The notes under the pieces are model-generated. The model did not search any database. It had not been told where the DNA came from and saw only the letters and a list, made by a program, of their open reading frames with translations. From the IMG/VR virus record IMGVR_UViG_3300024296_000385, positions 1 through 25,707 of that record: a stretch of DNA of 25,707 nt; one strand, written 5' to 3'. Numbering within the stretch: position 1 is the first letter of the stretch; each line of letters begins with the position of its first letter. This document shows positions 9,736-18,156 of this stretch, piece by piece. Both the position numbers and the translations under genes were made by a program. Source of the stretch: a virus. Its lineage: Duplodnaviria > Caudoviricetes.

Positions 9736-9853
9736 GATAGAATAGTGTTCCCATTGAGTGATGGCATTGATACCAACCGTCTTTTCTTAGCTCGTCCATT
9801 AGGCTATTATATTCATTAGCCCATGTTTTAAAGAATTTAATTATGTTGTACAT
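9686..9853 (-). CDS. 55-aa leaderless ORF heading the hemA transcript (MYNIIKFF...)
   Basis: ATG exactly 5 nt downstream of TAAATA; overlaps the hemA start by 50 nt. Confidence 0.55.
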   Translation of the reverse strand: MYNIIKFFKTWANEYNSLMDELRKDGWYQCHHSMGTLFYHDKQRTNKQTTKKPKR

Positions 9854-9858
9854 ACATG

Positions 9859-9873
9859 TATTTAACATAAATA
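9859..9873. promoter_or_regulatory. back-to-back divergent late promoter boxes
   Basis: TATTTA-ACA-TAAATA palindrome gives TAAATA on each strand, facing divergent genes. Confidence 0.6.
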
Positions 9874-9893
9874 ACAATATAGGAGAGCAAACA

Positions 9894-10157
9894 ATGGCAG
9901 CGAATGGTATATCAACTTTAGCACTTAAAAAGACTAGACAAGACACTAAATTAGCCAAAGCAGAAGCAAAACGTCAAGGCAAATCAGTTGCAGCTGACGG
10001 AACCATCTCTGGCAGTGTTGATACTGGCGCTGTATCATATAGAGCTCTTAACACATTGAATCTTGGCAGATTGCCTACAAGATATAATGCTTCAGATAAC
10101 AATGGTGCACTTACTGACTCTGCTGGTGTTCCAGTTGCTAGTCGTCCTTGGTCATAA
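9894..10157 (+). CDS. hypothetical phage protein (87 aa; start moved to MAANGIS), possibly virion-associated
   Basis: AGGAG RBS and late box upstream; Ala/Gly/Thr-rich. Confidence 0.7.
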   Translation: MAANGISTLALKKTRQDTKLAKAEAKRQGKSVAADGTISGSVDTGAVSYRALNTLNLGRLPTRYNASDNNGALTDSAGVPVASRPWS

Positions 10158-10209
10158 ACTTACCCTTTTTTAATAAATACGTATATAACTAATTAGGAGC
10201 GATAACGTT

Positions 10210-10638
10210 ATGTATGAGTATAGAGCCACGATCGTTAAGATTGTAGATGGCGACACTGTTGATGTAGATATTGATCTAGGCTTTGGTGTTGTTTTAAAAG
10301 ATGAAAGGGTACGTGTTATGGGAATTGATACACCAGAAAGTCGTACAAGAGATAAGGTAGAAAAGAAGTTTGGACTTGCTGCAAAGGCAAGACTAAAAGA
10401 GCTTCTAGGTAAGACAACTGTTTTGAAAACTCAGATTAATAGAAACGGTGAGGACATGAAAGGCAAGTTCGGTCGTATCTTGGGTGACTTTTCTACAGAA
10501 GACGGACGCATGATAACCGATATCATGGTAGAAGAAGGACATGCTGTAGCATACTTTGGTGGTAGCAAAGAAGAGATACAACTGAAGCATATGGCTAACA
10601 GAGAGAAATTACTCCGTGAAGGGGTAGTTGTTTTATAA
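10210..10638 (+). CDS. thermonuclease (SNase-like) family protein
   Basis: VDGDTVD, RVMGIDTPE, KFGRILG, EGHA motifs; ATAAATA at 10173-10179 and AGGAG RBS. Confidence 0.9.
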   Translation: MYEYRATIVKIVDGDTVDVDIDLGFGVVLKDERVRVMGIDTPESRTRDKVEKKFGLAAKARLKELLGKTTVLKTQINRNGEDMKGKFGRILGDFSTEDGRMITDIMVEEGHAVAYFGGSKEEIQLKHMANREKLLREGVVVL

Positions 10639-10649
10639 GGAGAAAGTAC

Positions 10650-11069
10650 ATGTTTAGATTAATTGCACTGTTATCACTAGTAATAGGTTTATGGGTAGTT
10701 CCTGCAACTGCAACTGGCGGAGTAATAGGAGCTCTTAATACTAACACTACCGAAGAGCCAGCACCAACACCACCAGGCCTACCGATGCCACCACAAGGAC
10801 AATATCAAACTTTACCTATAATGATTGACTGCGGCCGCTATGAAGATGTAGTAAGCATCATCATTAAAGCAGGCGAGCAACCTTTCGCAGCAGGTAAGAT
10901 ATTATTTAAAATTCCAGATGGTAGAGCAATAGAAGCAATATTAGAAATGTGGGCTAATCCGGAAACAAGAACTTTTACAAGCGTTCTTAAAGTAACTGAT
11001 GAATATGCCTGTTTAGTATTTCCAGGAAAAGAATTTATGGGTGCGCCACAACAGGGATTAACATTATAA
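10650..11069 (+). CDS. secreted/periplasmic hypothetical protein
   Basis: N-terminal signal peptide, Pro-rich linker, two Cys; AAGGAG RBS. Confidence 0.7.
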   Translation: MFRLIALLSLVIGLWVVPATATGGVIGALNTNTTEEPAPTPPGLPMPPQGQYQTLPIMIDCGRYEDVVSIIIKAGEQPFAAGKILFKIPDGRAIEAILEMWANPETRTFTSVLKVTDEYACLVFPGKEFMGAPQQGLTL

Positions 11070-11072
11070 ATA
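11065..11072 (+). promoter_or_regulatory. T4-like late promoter TATAAATA
   Basis: Exact T4 late consensus upstream of the lipase RBS. Confidence 0.65.
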
Positions 11073-11090
11073 AAAACATAGGAGCGAAAT

Positions 11091-11894
11091 ATGTTATCAG
11101 GAAAGTTAAAGAAAGGAATAGCAGAACTTACATTCAATCAAAGAAGTTTATTATTTGCTGAGCTATCAGCAATTGCATACTTAGATCCAAAAGATGCAAC
11201 AGCACAAGCAAAAGAGCTAGGCTTTACAACAGTAGAGTTTTATGATATCGACGGTGCTCAGGCTTATCGCTTTATGAATAAACACGATATGGTTATTGCA
11301 TGTCGTGGAACACAGCCAACAGAATACAACGATATTAAAGCAGACTTAAACGCTCTTCCTATTATTTCTGAAACAGTTTCTAGAGTACACAGAGGATTTA
11401 AAACAGAAGTAGACGAACTTTGGCCACATGTGAAAGAGGACATGGACCGTAAAGTTAATCTAAAGAAACAGCATTGGTTCTGTGGACATTCATTAGGTGC
11501 TGCAATGGCAACTATAATGGCTTCAAGATGTAAGCATAGTCCAGAACTAAGCGATCCTGTTGAACTTTACACATATGGTTCACCTAGAGTTGGATGGTCA
11601 GCATACTGCAACAGTTTAAATATTGACCATCATAGATTTGTAAACAACAACGACATAGTTACAACAGTACCACTATCAATAATGGGTTTCAAACATCATG
11701 GTACTTGTCATTACTTTAATTCATGGGGTAACCTACGTAAACTTTCGTTCTGGCAAAGAACAAAAGATAAGTTCCGTGGAATGTGGAGAGGACTAAAAGC
11801 ATTTAAAATAGATAACTTCTCGGATCATTCTATGGCAGAGTACATTGCACATTGTGATAAATTAGTAAAAGGAATGGAAACACCGCAAGTTTAA
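11091..11894 (+). CDS. lipase class 3 family protein
   Basis: IACRGT, VHRGF, GHSLGAA nucleophile elbow, YTYGSPRVG, NNNDIV, DHSM. Confidence 0.93.
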   Translation: MLSGKLKKGIAELTFNQRSLLFAELSAIAYLDPKDATAQAKELGFTTVEFYDIDGAQAYRFMNKHDMVIACRGTQPTEYNDIKADLNALPIISETVSRVHRGFKTEVDELWPHVKEDMDRKVNLKKQHWFCGHSLGAAMATIMASRCKHSPELSDPVELYTYGSPRVGWSAYCNSLNIDHHRFVNNNDIVTTVPLSIMGFKHHGTCHYFNSWGNLRKLSFWQRTKDKFRGMWRGLKAFKIDNFSDHSMAEYIAHCDKLVKGMETPQV

Positions 11895-11907
11895 CAAAAG
11901 GAGTTGG

Positions 11908-12558
11908 ATGTCGTTCTTAGTCCATAACTTACCGCCGCAAGAAGTATTTGTTAAAAAGGAATACTTATATGATCTACAAAAAGGTCATGGGGAACTCACG
12001 CCTGGGGTATGGATTTCAATTAGAAGTATAATGGGCAAAGCACTATATTTTGAAACACTCCTAACTGAGTACGGTGCATTGTACGATAAACTTCCTATAT
12101 CAGCATTTGTTTGGAAAGAAGATTACGATAAAGATAATCAACTTGATCTTGATACATTACAAATATGGGATTGCTTTGATTATGATATCACACTAATTAA
12201 AAAGCCTATGCTATCTAACTGCGAGTTCTTTGGCAAAGATAAGAAAATGCACAAAGGCGATTACATGTTTACACTTGATACATGTCATGCACAACACTCA
12301 ACACTTGATATTAATTTTAGCGAACACGATCCTGAACATAAAACATTTAACGTTATTAAGTTAGACAACGGACAGTTTGCAGCACAACCAAACAACAGAG
12401 TAATATTTACAGATCAAAGTCTAGTTCACCCGGAGCGTAAAATGCCAGACTTTAAAGTGTGTACACAAAACTACACAGTTGAGAACACACCTAAGTGGTC
12501 AGTAGGACATACTGACGAATGGCAATACAAAACGAAAGACGAAGAAAGTGGAAGATGA
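11908..12558 (+). CDS. conserved hypothetical protein (216 aa)
   Basis: AGGAG RBS; LPISAF, WDCF, EHK and NGQFAAQPNNR motifs recalled from marine phage proteins; function unknown. Confidence 0.75.
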   Translation: MSFLVHNLPPQEVFVKKEYLYDLQKGHGELTPGVWISIRSIMGKALYFETLLTEYGALYDKLPISAFVWKEDYDKDNQLDLDTLQIWDCFDYDITLIKKPMLSNCEFFGKDKKMHKGDYMFTLDTCHAQHSTLDINFSEHDPEHKTFNVIKLDNGQFAAQPNNRVIFTDQSLVHPERKMPDFKVCTQNYTVENTPKWSVGHTDEWQYKTKDEESGR

Positions 12559-12730
12559 CGAGAAAGAAGCCTATAGACTTTTTTGGTTAGTCAAAGGGCA
12601 TTTAAATACCTCACACGAAACTATAATATCATCATACGATGGTTACTTTAAAAGACTATGGGGTAACTGTGAACGTGCTGAATACGGTATGGAAGGCTTC
12701 GAAGAAGCATATAAAAAGAAAAGGGGTTGA
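12548..12730 (+). CDS. hypothetical protein (60 aa)
   Basis: GTG start overlapping the upstream gene. Confidence 0.6.
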   Translation: MEDDEKEAYRLFWLVKGHLNTSHETIISSYDGYFKRLWGNCERAEYGMEGFEEAYKKKRG

Positions 12731-12755
12731 CTTCTTTTTAAATTGGTGCTATAAT
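12727..12755 (+). promoter_or_regulatory. sigma70-type promoter
   Basis: TTGACT-N17-TATAAT with extended TGn. Confidence 0.85.
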
Positions 12756-12780
12756 ATAGGTACAATAGAAAAGGAGTTAT

Positions 12781-13377
12781 ATGAAATTGCGAGATAATAA
12801 AGTAATCTTAGTAGATGCAGACGGTGTCTTACTCGATTGGGAATGGGCATTTAATGTATGGATGGGCGAACAAGGTTTCGAAAGAATTGAAGGGTCGCAG
12901 TTCATTTATGATATAGGTGAGCGATACGGTATTCCAACAACACAATCAAAAAAACTTGTTAACATATTTAATAACAGTGCATGGATTGGATTTCTTCCAG
13001 GACTGAGAGATGCACAGTTTTATGTTAAGAAACTACACGAAGAATATGGATTTACATTCCATTTAATTACTTCACTATCCTTAGATAAAAATGCACAGAA
13101 ACTAAGAACAATGAATATAGATAAGTTGTTTGGAACAACAGCCTTTACAAAATATGTATACTTAGGAACTGGTGCAGACAAAGACGATGCACTTAAAAAG
13201 TATAAAGGCACAGGACTATATTGGGTTGAAGATAAACCTAAGAACTGTGAAGCAGGACTTGAACAAGGACTTAAACCTTTACTGATCGAACACGGCCATA
13301 ACATGGATTACAGACATGACGGTATTACTACAGTTAAGAACTGGAGACATATACACGATTTAGTAACTCATCCATAA
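12781..13377 (+). CDS. HAD-superfamily 5'(3')-nucleotidase-like protein (T4 gp30.2-like)
   Basis: DADGVLLDW (DxD), ITS, K and WVEDK HAD motifs I-IV. Confidence 0.8.
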   Translation: MKLRDNKVILVDADGVLLDWEWAFNVWMGEQGFERIEGSQFIYDIGERYGIPTTQSKKLVNIFNNSAWIGFLPGLRDAQFYVKKLHEEYGFTFHLITSLSLDKNAQKLRTMNIDKLFGTTAFTKYVYLGTGADKDDALKKYKGTGLYWVEDKPKNCEAGLEQGLKPLLIEHGHNMDYRHDGITTVKNWRHIHDLVTHP

Positions 13378-13430
13378 GTACGTAGTAATATAACTATATT
13401 CTTATAAGGCCCCACAAAAACATCTTTATC

Positions 13431-13478
13431 TATAAATAATATTAAGCACTTGACATTTAGTGTGTCAAGTGTTACTAT
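13431..13478 (+). promoter_or_regulatory. compound promoter for alkB: late box, sigma70 promoter and inverted repeat
   Basis: TATAAATA 13431-38; TTGACA-N17-TACTAT 13450-78; CACTTGACA-N7-TGTCAAGTG 13447-71. Confidence 0.75.
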
Positions 13479-13527
13479 GTTAATACATTGTGTGATTAAT
13501 AACCGCCGATAAGGCAGGAGGCATACA

Positions 13528-14592
13528 ATGAATAAACTTCTCGTAAACATAAGGTACTTCATTGCGCCATTGTTGATACTTGTTACACTCGTCGGAGTGT
13601 TAGCAGGTGGAGCGTGGGCATGGACAGGTGTAGGCTTATTGGGAGTAGGCATTATACTTGACACTCTTATCAATGTTCAAACTCGTGGAGCAGTTGATGA
13701 GAACGGAGAGACCTTGGGAATCCCCTGGTTACAGAATACAGTAATGTATTTGATGTTACCGGTCTTTGTTGCACTTCAGTTGGCACTAGCATATCAGATC
13801 TATAATGGTATGGCAGGTGCAGAACTTTTAGGTGCTACACTATCAACAGGTATATTTGCAGGCATAGGCATAATCTATGGGCATGAACTATCTCACACCA
13901 AAGGCATTGCATTCGTAATAAGCCGTTGGATGATGGGACTATCAGGTTCAGCACATTTCTGTTATGCTCATGTGTACAATCATCACTTGGAATTAGCAAG
14001 TGAAGACGATCCTGCAACAGCACCTAGAGGACGTGATATCTATTCACACTATATCAAATCACACTTAGGACAATCTAAGTTCTTGTTTGAAATGGAGAGA
14101 GGTAGATTGAAACGTTTAGGTAAACCTTTCTTGTCCGTAGGTAATAGATGGATAAGAGGTTACATGATGAGTGTACCTACACTTGCATTGTTCTTCTTTG
14201 CAGGTGGTTGGTTAGGTGTCGCATGTATCGGACTTGTTTGGTTAATATCAAACTTCGAACTTGAAGCACTTAACTATCTAGAACACTATGGTTTAATTCG
14301 TGTTAAAAGCGAACCAATAGACTATAGACATTCCTGGGATAACTCAACATTATTCACAAGCTGGTTCTTCATAGAGATTGGTCGCCAGGCTGATCATCAT
14401 GACAGAGGTGAGACACACTTCTGGGAACTAGATGAAGTAGGTGCGCCTAACACAGGTGTAGGTTACTTTACACTCTTTGCGTTAGCACTGATACCTCCTG
14501 TGTTTAATAGCTTTATGAAAAAGCATTTAGACAATTGGGATAAAAACTTTGCAACCGAAGCAGAAAGAGAAATAGCAAAAACATTTGCGTAA
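13528..14592 (+). CDS. alkB: membrane di-iron monooxygenase, AlkB/XylM family
   Basis: His boxes HELSH, HVYNHH, NYLEHYG (AlkB-diagnostic HYG), QADHH; DPATAPRG; HSW; several TM helices. Confidence 0.9.
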   Translation: MNKLLVNIRYFIAPLLILVTLVGVLAGGAWAWTGVGLLGVGIILDTLINVQTRGAVDENGETLGIPWLQNTVMYLMLPVFVALQLALAYQIYNGMAGAELLGATLSTGIFAGIGIIYGHELSHTKGIAFVISRWMMGLSGSAHFCYAHVYNHHLELASEDDPATAPRGRDIYSHYIKSHLGQSKFLFEMERGRLKRLGKPFLSVGNRWIRGYMMSVPTLALFFFAGGWLGVACIGLVWLISNFELEALNYLEHYGLIRVKSEPIDYRHSWDNSTLFTSWFFIEIGRQADHHDRGETHFWELDEVGAPNTGVGYFTLFALALIPPVFNSFMKKHLDNWDKNFATEAEREIAKTFA

Positions 14593-14599
14593 TCTTTGG

Positions 14600-14625
14600 G
14601 GGTGTCGGCAACGGCACCCTTTTTT
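14600..14625 (+). terminator. rho-independent terminator after alkB
   Basis: GGGTGTCG-GCAA-CGGCACCC followed by a T tract. Confidence 0.9.
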
Positions 14626-14626
14626 C

Positions 14627-14662
14627 TTGACAAGACTTTCTTTTAGTGTTACATTATAAATA
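14627..14662 (+). promoter_or_regulatory. sigma70 promoter overlapping a late box
   Basis: TTGACA-N17-TACATT with TGn, then TATAAATA 14655-62. Confidence 0.7.
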
Positions 14663-14755
14663 ATGATGGAACAATTAAGTTTCTGGCAGGCAACGTTGAG
14701 CCTGCTCTTATTATGTGAGCGCCGTGGTAAAAGCGGCAAGCAGAGGAGATAATAA

Positions 14756-15715
14756 ATGGACGCACTCACCCTATGGATGGGGATAGGATTCTTATTTGCA
14801 GCCTATTCAGTAATAGCAAATGATTCAGTACAGACTTTAGGTACATGGATTGCATCAAATAACGATAAATTTAACTGGAAAACTATGTGGGGAGCGGCAA
14901 GTGTAGTCTTGCTATATACCCTATGGTATGGTTGGTACATGAACGGTGGAGACATCAGCTATGGACGACTTAATAAAATACCATTCCAAGAGATACAATG
15001 GTATCATGCGGCAGCACCAGGATTACTATTAATACTTACACGGATAGGAGTACCAGTTAGTACTTCTTTTTTAGTATTAAGTGCCTTTGCAAGTACGTTT
15101 GTACTAGAAAAGATGCTTATGAAAAGCATGATGGGTTATGCTGTGGCGGCTGTGGCAGCATATGTTATTTGGATAGGAGTTACTAAACTCTTAGACGAAG
15201 CAAAGCCTTTCAAAGAAGAACACAAGAATCGTTGGCGCATAGCACAATGGTTCACAACAGGCTTCTTATGGTTCACTTGGCTGAGTCATGACATGGCGAA
15301 CATTGCAGTGTTCCTACCTAGAGAGATACCCTGGGACCTTATGGTATTAGTAAGTCTTGTATTTGTATTTGGCTTAGGATATATGTTCCGTGAAGGCGGA
15401 GGTAAGATACAAAATATTGTAATTGAAAAGCACAACACAAGATATGTTCGTAGTGCTACAATTATTGATGGTGTGTATTGGTTGTGCTTATGGTTCTTCA
15501 AAGAGCTCAATGATATTCCAATGTCAACAACATGGGTGTTTGTAGGACTACTATGTGGTAGAGAACTTGCTATGGCAACTATGACAGGCAAGGAAAAGTT
15601 CAAGACAGTGTTTCCGTTGGTCACTAAAGACTTCTTCAAGATGATGATAGGCCTAGGTGCATCAGTTGGAGTAGTATTGATGATACACTATGTAATTGTA
15701 CCAAATGGATATTAA
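14756..15715 (+). CDS. multi-pass membrane protein, PiT/PHO4-like phosphate/sulfate permease relative
   Basis: About 9-10 TM segments; IANDSVQT and SHDMANIA resemble the two PiT GxND/HxxNDxAN signatures; PVSTS and PMSTT repeats. Confidence 0.65.
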   Translation: MDALTLWMGIGFLFAAYSVIANDSVQTLGTWIASNNDKFNWKTMWGAASVVLLYTLWYGWYMNGGDISYGRLNKIPFQEIQWYHAAAPGLLLILTRIGVPVSTSFLVLSAFASTFVLEKMLMKSMMGYAVAAVAAYVIWIGVTKLLDEAKPFKEEHKNRWRIAQWFTTGFLWFTWLSHDMANIAVFLPREIPWDLMVLVSLVFVFGLGYMFREGGGKIQNIVIEKHNTRYVRSATIIDGVYWLCLWFFKELNDIPMSTTWVFVGLLCGRELAMATMTGKEKFKTVFPLVTKDFFKMMIGLGASVGVVLMIHYVIVPNGY

Positions 15716-16305
15716 TGGAAAACAATAATCAAATAAAAGAGTTTTACCCATACACTTGGGTAAAACCTAAATACCAACAATCAGCACAAGACTGCTTCAA
15801 TGAGATAGATTCGTATCTTAGTTTTCATCCTCCTAAACGTATATTAGATATCGGTTGCGGCTATGCATATGTTAGTGAGCAGTTTCAGAAGAAGTACGGA
15901 ACCGAACTATGGCTGCTTGAAGGAGACTTTCAAACTACTATTGACAGACCGCGAAAAGCAACATGGGGTGAAGTAGAAGACTTTAAGTTTTATCTTCCAG
16001 TTGCAGACTTAAAAGAATATTGGAATTCGAGAGGAATCAAATATAACTTTGTTGATGCTAACAATATAAACATACCCGAAGGTATGACATTTGATCTAGT
16101 TAGTAGTTGGCTAAGTTGTGGCTTTCACTACCCTGCTAAGACTTATAAAAGTTTAGTAGAAAAACATACAACCAGTGATAGTAAAGTTATCTTTGATTTT
16201 AGAACAAAGACACTACTTAATCAACAAAGCCAAGACATAAAAGTTATACACAATTTCAACCCAAGTGGAGGAAAAAGATCACGAGTTCACTTTAATTTTT
16301 CTTGA
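15715..16305 (+). CDS. class I SAM-dependent methyltransferase
   Basis: ILDIGCGYA motif I and FDLV; TAATG-coupled to the transporter. Confidence 0.8.
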   Translation: MENNNQIKEFYPYTWVKPKYQQSAQDCFNEIDSYLSFHPPKRILDIGCGYAYVSEQFQKKYGTELWLLEGDFQTTIDRPRKATWGEVEDFKFYLPVADLKEYWNSRGIKYNFVDANNINIPEGMTFDLVSSWLSCGFHYPAKTYKSLVEKHTTSDSKVIFDFRTKTLLNQQSQDIKVIHNFNPSGGKRSRVHFNFS

Positions 16306-16330
16306 CTTAAAGAACTTTTTGTAATATTAT
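16302..16330 (+). promoter_or_regulatory. sigma70-type promoter for prs
   Basis: TTGACT-N17-TATTAT. Confidence 0.7.
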
Positions 16331-16364
16331 ATAAGTACAACATAACACCAAGAAAGGACTACAT

Positions 16365-17324
16365 TTGAAAATGAAAATTATCTCAGGAAACGCTAACAAA
16401 CCATTAGCACAAGAGATTGCAGAACAATGTTTTGCTACCCTCGTCCCCGCAAATATTTCAACTTTCGCAGATGGAGAATCAAACGTAGAGTTTTTAGAAA
16501 ACGTTAGAGGCGAAGATGTTTTTATTATTCAAAGTACAAGCACACCAGTAAACGATAGTCTTATGGAACTGATGGTTATGATTGATGCAGCACGTAGATC
16601 AAGTGCTAGTCGTATTACAGCAGTTATTCCATACTATGGTTATGCTAGGCAAGATCGTAAGAGCGCAAGTCGTACTCCTATTACTGCTAAGTTAGTTGCT
16701 AACTTAATTACAACAGCTGGTGCAGACAGAATACTTACAATGGATTTACATGCAGGACAGATACAAGGTTTCTTTGACATCCCAGTGGATGATTTAACAA
16801 GCCGTGTAGTATTTGCTAAAGACATTAAACGCACAATAGGTATCATTGACGACCCTGAAGTTAATCAACAAGGAACAGTATTTGTATCGCCAGACGCAGG
16901 TGGTGCAGTTAGAGCTCGTAAGTTTGCAGACATGTTTACAGGCGACATTGCTATTGTAGATAAAATGCGACCTGAAGCAGGTAAGTCAGAAGTAATGAAT
17001 ATCATTGGTGATGTTAAAGGCAAACATGCTATCCTAGTAGATGATATCGTTGACTCAGGTGGAACATTATGTAAGGCAGCACAAGCAATTATGAAAGCTG
17101 GTGCATTGAGTGTTAGAGCATATATTACTCATGGTGTACTATCAGAAGATGCATGTCAAAAAGTTGAGAAGAGTGTACTCGATGAACTAGTTGTTACTAA
17201 TACTATTATAAATCGTTGCCCTAAGGGTTGTAAGAAAACACGTCAAGTAAGTGTTGCTCCATTACTTGGAGAAGCAATGCGTAGAATAACTAATGAAGAA
17301 TCAGTTAGCAGTCTTTTTGTTTAA
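16365..17324 (+). CDS. prs: ribose-phosphate pyrophosphokinase (start may be ATG 16371)
   Basis: FADGE, PYYGYARQDRK, MDLHAGQIQGFF, VSPDAGG, VDDIVDSGGT. Confidence 0.97.
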   Translation: MKMKIISGNANKPLAQEIAEQCFATLVPANISTFADGESNVEFLENVRGEDVFIIQSTSTPVNDSLMELMVMIDAARRSSASRITAVIPYYGYARQDRKSASRTPITAKLVANLITTAGADRILTMDLHAGQIQGFFDIPVDDLTSRVVFAKDIKRTIGIIDDPEVNQQGTVFVSPDAGGAVRARKFADMFTGDIAIVDKMRPEAGKSEVMNIIGDVKGKHAILVDDIVDSGGTLCKAAQAIMKAGALSVRAYITHGVLSEDACQKVEKSVLDELVVTNTIINRCPKGCKKTRQVSVAPLLGEAMRRITNEESVSSLFV

Positions 17325-18156
17325 GTAATTCCCTAGCACCGTAAGTAATCATATAAGAAGCACCAGCACGTTTAAAAACATCATGTGTTTCTTTTAACAT
17401 CTCAGGAACTAACCAACCATTACGTTGTAGACCAATGTACTCGCCGCTTGTTTGAAAAACACCTACAGGAACAGAATATCCTGTTGCTTCCTTAATAGGC
17501 CTAATAAGATCAATACTGGTCATACCTGGCTTTACCATTAACATATCAGCACCGTCTCTGTGATATTTTTGACTACGACAAATTGCAAGTTCTCTGTCAT
17601 TTACATCTAATTGATAACTTCTGTGTATTCCTTTTTCAACACCAATAGTTTGTCTAAACCCATCATAGAAAGTTGATCTAAACTTTGTTGAATAGCTCAT
17701 TACTTTTGCTTTTAGATTTTCTTTAAGTACTAACACAGTTTGGTCTTGACAGTCACTAGGTGCTAATACATCTGCTCCTGCTTTGTGTACAACAGTTGCT
17801 TGTTGAAGTAGTTGATCGTACGTTTTATTCATGTCCTCAGGATAGCAACAATGCCCATCTAGCGTAGTAGAACACAAACATATATCAACATGCAAGTTTA
17901 CTTTATCTCCGTGTACTGCTTTAATTTCGCTAACAACACGCTTGTTTAATTCCCAATCAGGAGAGTCTGTTCTGTCTGGCATAACAAATATTAAGATGTC
18001 TTTGACACCTAGTATGATATCCCTACCAATAGTATCTATTGCACCTTTAACTGACCAAGGGTGGTTATCATTACCAAGTACAGATTGCTTAGTTGCCTTT
18101 ATCCAATCATCACCGTTAGTCTGATTGTTAATAAAGTAAGGTTGTATCAGCCTCAT
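17305..18156 (-). CDS. hemB: porphobilinogen synthase (ALA dehydratase), Zn-type, N-terminally shortened
   Basis: DICLCSTTLDGHC Cys triad, APSD, MSYSTKF and MVKPG Schiff-base lysines, RSYQL, FQTSGEY, RAGA. Confidence 0.9.
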   Translation of the reverse strand: MRLIQPYFINNQTNGDDWIKATKQSVLGNDNHPWSVKGAIDTIGRDIILGVKDILIFVMPDRTDSPDWELNKRVVSEIKAVHGDKVNLHVDICLCSTTLDGHCCYPEDMNKTYDQLLQQATVVHKAGADVLAPSDCQDQTVLVLKENLKAKVMSYSTKFRSTFYDGFRQTIGVEKGIHRSYQLDVNDRELAICRSQKYHRDGADMLMVKPGMTSIDLIRPIKEATGYSVPVGVFQTSGEYIGLQRNGWLVPEMLKETHDVFKRAGASYMITYGARELLKQKDC

